Assembly: GCA_964010765.1 (NCBI GenBank)
Contig: CAXGMD010000086.1
Span: forward strand, 1-11,733
Source: an uncultured bacterium
GTDB lineage: Bacteria; SAR324; NAC60-12
Direction: 5' to 3'
Length of the DNA: 11,733 nucleotides
Positions 6,649 through 11,733 of the stretch are shown in pieces. Position numbers and translations under genes: made by a program. The first letter of the stretch is position 1. Every line of letters begins with the position of its first letter. The notes under the pieces were generated by a model. The model had not been told where the DNA came from and searched no databases. It was given only the letters and a program-made list of their open reading frames with translations.

Positions 6649-8733
6649 ATGTTTCGTCTGACAACTCTTACTTACCTAATCACCAGTATCACAATATTCT
6701 CCATGTATATTGCGGGTACTTGTGCTCTTGGGAGTCCGTACGTTTACACTGGTGATTCAAAGATTTCAATCGAGCAATTTCAGTATCTTGAAGACATGGA
6801 CGAAACAACTAGTCTATCTGACCTTAAGAAAGCAAATTGGAAAAGTGAAATTGAGAATATACATTCGTATTATAATGGTTTCTGGGTAAAATTAGTAGTT
6901 CTTAATCAAAGTGATGAATCTGATCTTGGTGTTCGTCACTGGACTACATTTGAAAAGAAATTATATGCAGTAAATTCGAAAGGAATTCAAGAATACGATT
7001 ATATTAAATTTGATGATGATTCTTATAATTTTATTGGTATTGATAGAATCCAATTTCGATATCGGATTGTGATGCCAATCAATGAGATAACTACAATCTA
7101 TAGTTTTTACAGGTTTAAACCTCTCCATAGAACACTATCAACCAGGCATGTGACATTTGGTATCGATAGCTGGGAAAATCTACAATCGCAGGCTTTCTTT
7201 CAAATCATGCGGAATATCTTCTTTTATGCAATACTTATTTATCTTTTTTTAAATAGCATATCATCATTTATTGTGACAAAAGATTCGAACTATTTATGGT
7301 TGACAATTTTACTATTTACTCTGGTATTTTCTGCAATCTATTTATCTGGCTATACCATTGGTTTTCGCGGTAATCCCCACATAGGACAATTAATATTTAG
7401 CTGTGTATTGATTTCAATTATTCAATTTTTTAGAAATTTCTTAAATCTTGATTCTAAAATCATATGTAAATTAATAAATAGCTTAATTATTTTACATTTA
7501 TCGATTATTTTTTACTACTTTATTAGGTCATTTGAATTTCCTGATGGTGAATATTTTACTAACCTTAAAAAGTACCCAATTCAACCATTAGGTATTGGAT
7601 ATTTTCGAATGATTCTTCAGTTTGTACCTACTATCATTTTATTACTTTATTTCGCATTTCTTTCATTCAAATCTTGGCAATCAGGGGATAAAGCCTCAGG
7701 TTACATCGTTTTTGCACTTACGATTCCTGTTGTTTCCTTTGGGATTATGGCAATAATTATTAATCTAGCAAATAAAGGCTACTTTGGACTGGAAATTATT
7801 AATCTTGTTGCATTGCCATTAGGTGGCATACTTTTGATACTTTGTCCAATTGCAATTAATTTAGCGTTAGAAGAGAGAATAAAAGCGTTCAAAGATAATG
7901 CAATGAATAATCTACAGTCCTTGAATACAGAACTTGATAACAAAGTTAGAGAAAGGACTCTTGATCTTCAAAAGGCCAACAACTTAATTACAGACAGTAT
8001 ACAATCCGCCAGCGCGATTCAGTCAGCCATTCTCCCTAGCATTGAACCAAGTCACTACGGCTTCAGCGAACTGGTCTACATTTGGGAACCCAGGGACATC
8101 GTAGGTGGGGATTTCTATTGGGCCCAACAGCAGGAAGACTGGACAGCACTGGTTGTTGCAGACTGCACGGGTCACGGAATTCCTGGCGCTTTTATGACAC
8201 TAATCTCCAGTACAATCTTGGATCGTATCGCTTCACTACATGATCTCAGTCAGCCAGATCGAATTTTAGATCAACTTGACGAGTTATTGAGCCACCAAAC
8301 CTTTAAGTTAAGTGCTGGAGATAGCACAAATTTTGGGCTGGATTGTGGAGTTTGTTGTTTTTCCAAGGCAGAAGGAATCTTACGCTTTGCAGGAGCCAAA
8401 TCAAATCTGTATCAGAAAACGGGGGCAGAGGTAAAAGAGATGAAAGGAGACAAGGTCAGTTTAGGCTATGACTCCAAAGAACACCCGATTCCATTTAAGG
8501 TGATTGAAACCAAGCTCGATGAACATTCGAGCTTCTACCTGTTCTCTGACGGCATCACTGATCAAGTCGGTGGCGCAAAGAATCTAATGTATGGCAAGAA
8601 GCGCCTTTTGCGTCAAATCCAGTCTTCTAGCTCGGTGGCTGAGGCTATAGAAAGAATCATGAAAGATCTGAAGAGCTACCAGGCGGATAACAAAAGAAGA
8701 GATGACCTGACTCTGTTCGGTTTCTCTTTTTAA
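6649..8733 (+). CDS. 7TM-DISM receptor / PP2C (SpoIIE) phosphatase, SiaA-like copy 2
   Basis: Same architecture as 1387-3474: N-terminal hydrophobic signal, FWVKLVVLN, 7 TM, LDNKVRERT S-helix, PRDIVGGDFYW, VADCTGHGIPGAFM, FSDGITDQVGG, RRDDL. Confidence 0.88.
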   Translation: MFRLTTLTYLITSITIFSMYIAGTCALGSPYVYTGDSKISIEQFQYLEDMDETTSLSDLKKANWKSEIENIHSYYNGFWVKLVVLNQSDESDLGVRHWTTFEKKLYAVNSKGIQEYDYIKFDDDSYNFIGIDRIQFRYRIVMPINEITTIYSFYRFKPLHRTLSTRHVTFGIDSWENLQSQAFFQIMRNIFFYAILIYLFLNSISSFIVTKDSNYLWLTILLFTLVFSAIYLSGYTIGFRGNPHIGQLIFSCVLISIIQFFRNFLNLDSKIICKLINSLIILHLSIIFYYFIRSFEFPDGEYFTNLKKYPIQPLGIGYFRMILQFVPTIILLLYFAFLSFKSWQSGDKASGYIVFALTIPVVSFGIMAIIINLANKGYFGLEIINLVALPLGGILLILCPIAINLALEERIKAFKDNAMNNLQSLNTELDNKVRERTLDLQKANNLITDSIQSASAIQSAILPSIEPSHYGFSELVYIWEPRDIVGGDFYWAQQQEDWTALVVADCTGHGIPGAFMTLISSTILDRIASLHDLSQPDRILDQLDELLSHQTFKLSAGDSTNFGLDCGVCCFSKAEGILRFAGAKSNLYQKTGAEVKEMKGDKVSLGYDSKEHPIPFKVIETKLDEHSSFYLFSDGITDQVGGAKNLMYGKKRLLRQIQSSSSVAEAIERIMKDLKSYQADNKRRDDLTLFGFSF

Positions 8734-8835
8734 TTTTTTCCCACGTCGATACTTCTGAACAGGTAATACCTACTTTCAGTCATTTTTATTCAGTTTTTCA
8801 CCTCATTAACCTCACTTAGCTTTTTGAGCCCTCAC

Positions 8836-9906
8836 ATGCAAAGACTCACAAAACTCAGCTTTTTTACATTATGGATGACTGGGGTAGTTGCATGTTCCAG
8901 TGGCGGTTCTTCAAGCAGAATTGACAACAGCACATCAACTAAGGATATTGCAGATGTCGGTACACTTGTAGATCAAGATGAAGATCAAAATGTGAACACT
9001 GATTCCTCAGACAATAGTATCACACCACCGGACATCACCAACCATATCTTCACGAAAGCAGACCCTTCCTGCAGTGCCTACGTTGGTGAGTTCACTTCCA
9101 CGATCAAAGATCTTGGCAATAACCGTACTTTGTCGGGATCACTTTCCATCACAGCGAATGGCAACACCTGCACGATCAGCAGTAACTCGATTCCTAACCA
9201 CGATGTCAATGATACGGGTGCATTTGCAACAACGATTGGCGAGGTCGACGAAACTTTTAGTATCCCTATCTCACCATCTACAGCAAACAGTACCACCCAA
9301 CTTACTCTGCAATACGACAATGCGATTTTTTTAAATGGAGCAAAGCTCGATTTACTCGCTGCAGCCTGTTACGGGGTTGGGCCTGATCCACTTGGAAAAG
9401 AAAAGATTGGTTGTTCGCAGACGAGTATTCCTTGGCGCTATGATCCCATGTACTTGCTGAATCAATTTGGAACAGACTACCACAACGCTCATACGCAACC
9501 GGATGGAGCCTATCATTATCATGGAGATCCTTTAGCCATGTACGACACTTCAGGGCAAACGGCTTCGGGAGTAATTGGTTTTGCTGCTGATGGTTTTCCA
9601 ATTTATGGTCCTTTCATCGATGACAATGGAAGCATACGCAGAGTCACTTCAAGCTATGTCCTCATAGACGATGGAGGTACGCGGCAAAGTCAGGCTGGAG
9701 AGGGAGCATTCCCAGGTGGAAATTATGATGGTACTTATATCGATGATTATGAATACCAGGCTGGCAGTGGAGATCTAGACGAGTGCAATGGAATGGTGAT
9801 CAATGGTCATTACGGATATTTTGTGACAAATGCTTATCCCTGGATTATGAAATGCTTCAGAGGGCGTCCTGACAGTTCCTTCCGCAAGACTTCTGGAAAG
9901 CCTTAA
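8836..9906 (+). CDS. YHYH domain lipoprotein. Start likely ATG 8836 rather than TTG 8824.
   Basis: SNSIPNH, DYHNAHTQPDGAYHYHG, IGFAADGFPIYG, GDLDECNG, YGYFVT..YP....CFRG; lipobox VVAC (Cys20) followed by an S/D/N/T-rich linker. Confidence 0.88.
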   Translation: MQRLTKLSFFTLWMTGVVACSSGGSSSRIDNSTSTKDIADVGTLVDQDEDQNVNTDSSDNSITPPDITNHIFTKADPSCSAYVGEFTSTIKDLGNNRTLSGSLSITANGNTCTISSNSIPNHDVNDTGAFATTIGEVDETFSIPISPSTANSTTQLTLQYDNAIFLNGAKLDLLAAACYGVGPDPLGKEKIGCSQTSIPWRYDPMYLLNQFGTDYHNAHTQPDGAYHYHGDPLAMYDTSGQTASGVIGFAADGFPIYGPFIDDNGSIRRVTSSYVLIDDGGTRQSQAGEGAFPGGNYDGTYIDDYEYQAGSGDLDECNGMVINGHYGYFVTNAYPWIMKCFRGRPDSSFRKTSGKP

Positions 9907-9965
9907 GATGCAGAACATGTTATCCCAAAAGAGAGCATGGCCTTTCCCCAACCAAATAGATTTCA

Positions 9966-11429
9966 ATGAATACAACGTCTAAGGATCGCCCCTCTTCATT
10001 GACCCATCGTCCAGCCTCAGAACTGGCCCAACTGATTCGTCAAAGAGAGGTTACCGCAGAGTCCGTTGTGCAGGCTCATCTCACTCAGATCAAGCACCAC
10101 AATCCGCAAATCAAGGCGATCAGTGTTCTAGCCGAAGAGGAGGCACTCACTAGCGCAAGGCAAGCCGATCAGGAGCTGTCTGCTGGCAGCAACGAAATTG
10201 GTCCACTACATGGGGTGCCCATCACTCTGAAAGATTTGATGATCGTTAAGGGTATGAGAACCACCCGAGGACTACCGCAGTACTGGAACTACAGGCCTTC
10301 CAAGGACTGTGAGTTGGTAGCCCGCTTGCGAAGAGCAGGAGTAATCATCCTTGGTCGCAGTAATGTACCATTTGGATGCTATGACTGGAACTGTCGGAAC
10401 CCAATTTATCCGGAAACAGTAAATCCATGGAATACTGGACGTACTCCTGGCGGGTCATCCGGAGGGGCAGCAGCGGCAATTGCGACTGGGATGACTCCTT
10501 TGGATATGGGCTCTGATCTGGCAGGATCCATTCGCCTTCCTTCTCATTGTTGTGGAATCTTTGGATTGCGCACGACAGATGGACTCCTACCCATGAACGA
10601 TGTGGATCCTGAAGATTTTCCTTCCTCATCTTCATTGCTGACGGTTTGTGGACCAATGGGTCGCAGCATTGCCGATCTTCATTTGATGCTCTCTGTTTTA
10701 GCACCTGAGCAAAGACAGGACACGCCTCCAGTTCCTGAGAAACTGCGGATTGCCCAAACCCATAAAATTCTGGACGTCACCGCTGACGAAGCGACCCAAG
10801 CAGCAATCGGATCTTTTCTGAACAACCTGAGTAAAGAGGGTCACACGGTGACCAGAGATTGTGCACCTGAGGTTGACATGGCGGAGTGTTTTGAATTGTG
10901 GGCGCTGATCACGGGTCATCTCGGCAGTATTTCACTCCCCAAATTGATGCGCACGGAACCCCTCAACTCCATTTTGTTGTTCTACGTGTTGCAGATGCGA
11001 ATGGGTGGCGGCTGGATCGCTCAGAATCTTCGAAATGGATTTCATTCTTCAGAGCAGGATTTTCAAAACGCGTTGGAGCGACTCGTAGAAATTCGGGAAC
11101 AGGTGACAAAGTTCTATGACCAGTATGACCTCTGGATGCTTCCGAACATGCCCGGGCCTGCTTTTGAGAGAACGCGGATGAACTGGAATTTCAAAGTGGA
11201 TGGACACCGAGTTAGCTATGGGACTTACAACGGAACTTATCACTCTACGACTGCGCTGATGGGAACCCCTGGATTGACAGTGCCAATTGGTTTTAGCGAA
11301 GGATTACCACTTAGTGTACAGGTACACAGCAGAGCTTTTTCCGATTTCTGGTTATTGAAGGTGGCTGAACAGCACCTTGAACCCCACGCCGAGATCCGCT
11401 GGCCAAATGGCTTCGGCCCTGCGAGCTAG
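9966..11429 (+). CDS. Amidase-signature family enzyme (FAAH-like amidase)
   Basis: GPLHGVPITLKD (catalytic Lys), NPWNTGRTPGGSSGG (cis-Ser), GSDLAGSIRLP (nucleophilic Ser), GPMGRS..DL, P.L.VP.G...GLP..VQ. Confidence 0.93.
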   Translation: MNTTSKDRPSSLTHRPASELAQLIRQREVTAESVVQAHLTQIKHHNPQIKAISVLAEEEALTSARQADQELSAGSNEIGPLHGVPITLKDLMIVKGMRTTRGLPQYWNYRPSKDCELVARLRRAGVIILGRSNVPFGCYDWNCRNPIYPETVNPWNTGRTPGGSSGGAAAAIATGMTPLDMGSDLAGSIRLPSHCCGIFGLRTTDGLLPMNDVDPEDFPSSSSLLTVCGPMGRSIADLHLMLSVLAPEQRQDTPPVPEKLRIAQTHKILDVTADEATQAAIGSFLNNLSKEGHTVTRDCAPEVDMAECFELWALITGHLGSISLPKLMRTEPLNSILLFYVLQMRMGGGWIAQNLRNGFHSSEQDFQNALERLVEIREQVTKFYDQYDLWMLPNMPGPAFERTRMNWNFKVDGHRVSYGTYNGTYHSTTALMGTPGLTVPIGFSEGLPLSVQVHSRAFSDFWLLKVAEQHLEPHAEIRWPNGFGPAS

Positions 11430-11487
11430 AAAGTATAAACTGAAGTTGAGACGATGGTCCGTCGTAGCTGTGCGCGTAAGGAGCGAT

Positions 11488-11733
11488 TCAGAAATGATTT
11501 TGTGGCAGGTAAAGAACAAGATCGGGGAAGAGGGTCAACACGAGCATTCCCAGCAAGAGTAGCAGCCAATATGGAACGGTCGCCAAAGCGGTTTTGCCCA
11601 AGCCGATTTCATGGTTGGTGACAGCAACAATCACCGAGAGATTCAAACCAACAGGCGGAGTGACTTGACCGATCTCAATCAGGATCGTGACAATGACCCC
11701 CAGCCAAATTGGATCAAAACCGAGTCCTGTGAG
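11488..11733 (-). CDS. dctM: TRAP transporter large permease, C-terminal fragment (runs off the right edge; not in the ORF track)
   Basis: Manual translation of the minus strand gives LTGLGFDPIWLGVIVTILIEIGQVTPPVGLNLSVIVAV...VPYWLLLLLGMLVLTLFPDLVLYLPQNHF*, containing the DctM signatures GFDPIW.G and EIG..TPPVGLNL. The stop is TGA at 11488-11490. Confidence 0.92.
   Translation of the reverse strand, partial: LTGLGFDPIWLGVIVTILIEIGQVTPPVGLNLSVIVAVTNHEIGLGKTALATVPYWLLLLLGMLVLTLFPDLVLYLPQNHF

Noticed and set aside
1387..8733. Receptor paralogues as direct repeats of a mobile element, or as a DGR template/variable-region pair
   Set aside because: Similarity is mainly at the protein level with many synonymous differences, which indicates an old duplication. 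No transposase, integrase or reverse transcriptase is present.
9966..11429. GatA (Glu-tRNA amidotransferase subunit A)
   Set aside because: No gatC/gatB neighbours, and it lacks GatA-typical DEFAMGSS and GSDTGGSIRQP motifs (it has GSDLAGSIRLP).
11430..11487. Bidirectional terminator between the amidase and dctM
   Set aside because: Only a short stem (ACGATG/CGTCGT, 11451-11465) with no flanking A/T tracts.
931..11562. Short alternative-frame and antisense ORFs in the track (e.g. 931-1200, 2340-2528, 4645-5043, 9302-9601, 10345-10704, 11377-11562)
   Set aside because: All overlap well-supported genes and show no family motifs; 11377-11562 overlaps the amidase end and the antisense of dctM. 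Treated as shadow ORFs.

Overview
Bacterial, moderately AT-rich window. A divergent pair (pentapeptide-repeat protein, GYD-domain protein) is followed by eight co-oriented genes. The core is a SiaABC-type partner-switching module: a 7TM-DISM receptor/PP2C (SpoIIE) phosphatase, a SiaB-family kinase and a SiaC (DUF1987) phosphoprotein. The position held by the diguanylate cyclase SiaD in Pseudomonas aeruginosa siaABCD is instead held by a soluble class IIIb adenylate cyclase. Its catalytic domain resembles CyaB, and its N-terminal helix carries a SiaD-like motif (Y..L.K...RL.R.SD). This suggests a Sia switch rewired from c-di-GMP to cAMP output (inference). Downstream are a NAPE-PLD/RomA-like metallo-beta-lactamase-fold lipoprotein, a second paralogous 7TM-DISM/PP2C receptor, a YHYH lipoprotein and an amidase-signature enzyme. 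The 3' end of a convergent TRAP large permease (DctM) lies at the right edge. No RNA genes, mobile elements or CRISPR arrays were seen. All family assignments come from motif recognition by eye; no searches were run.
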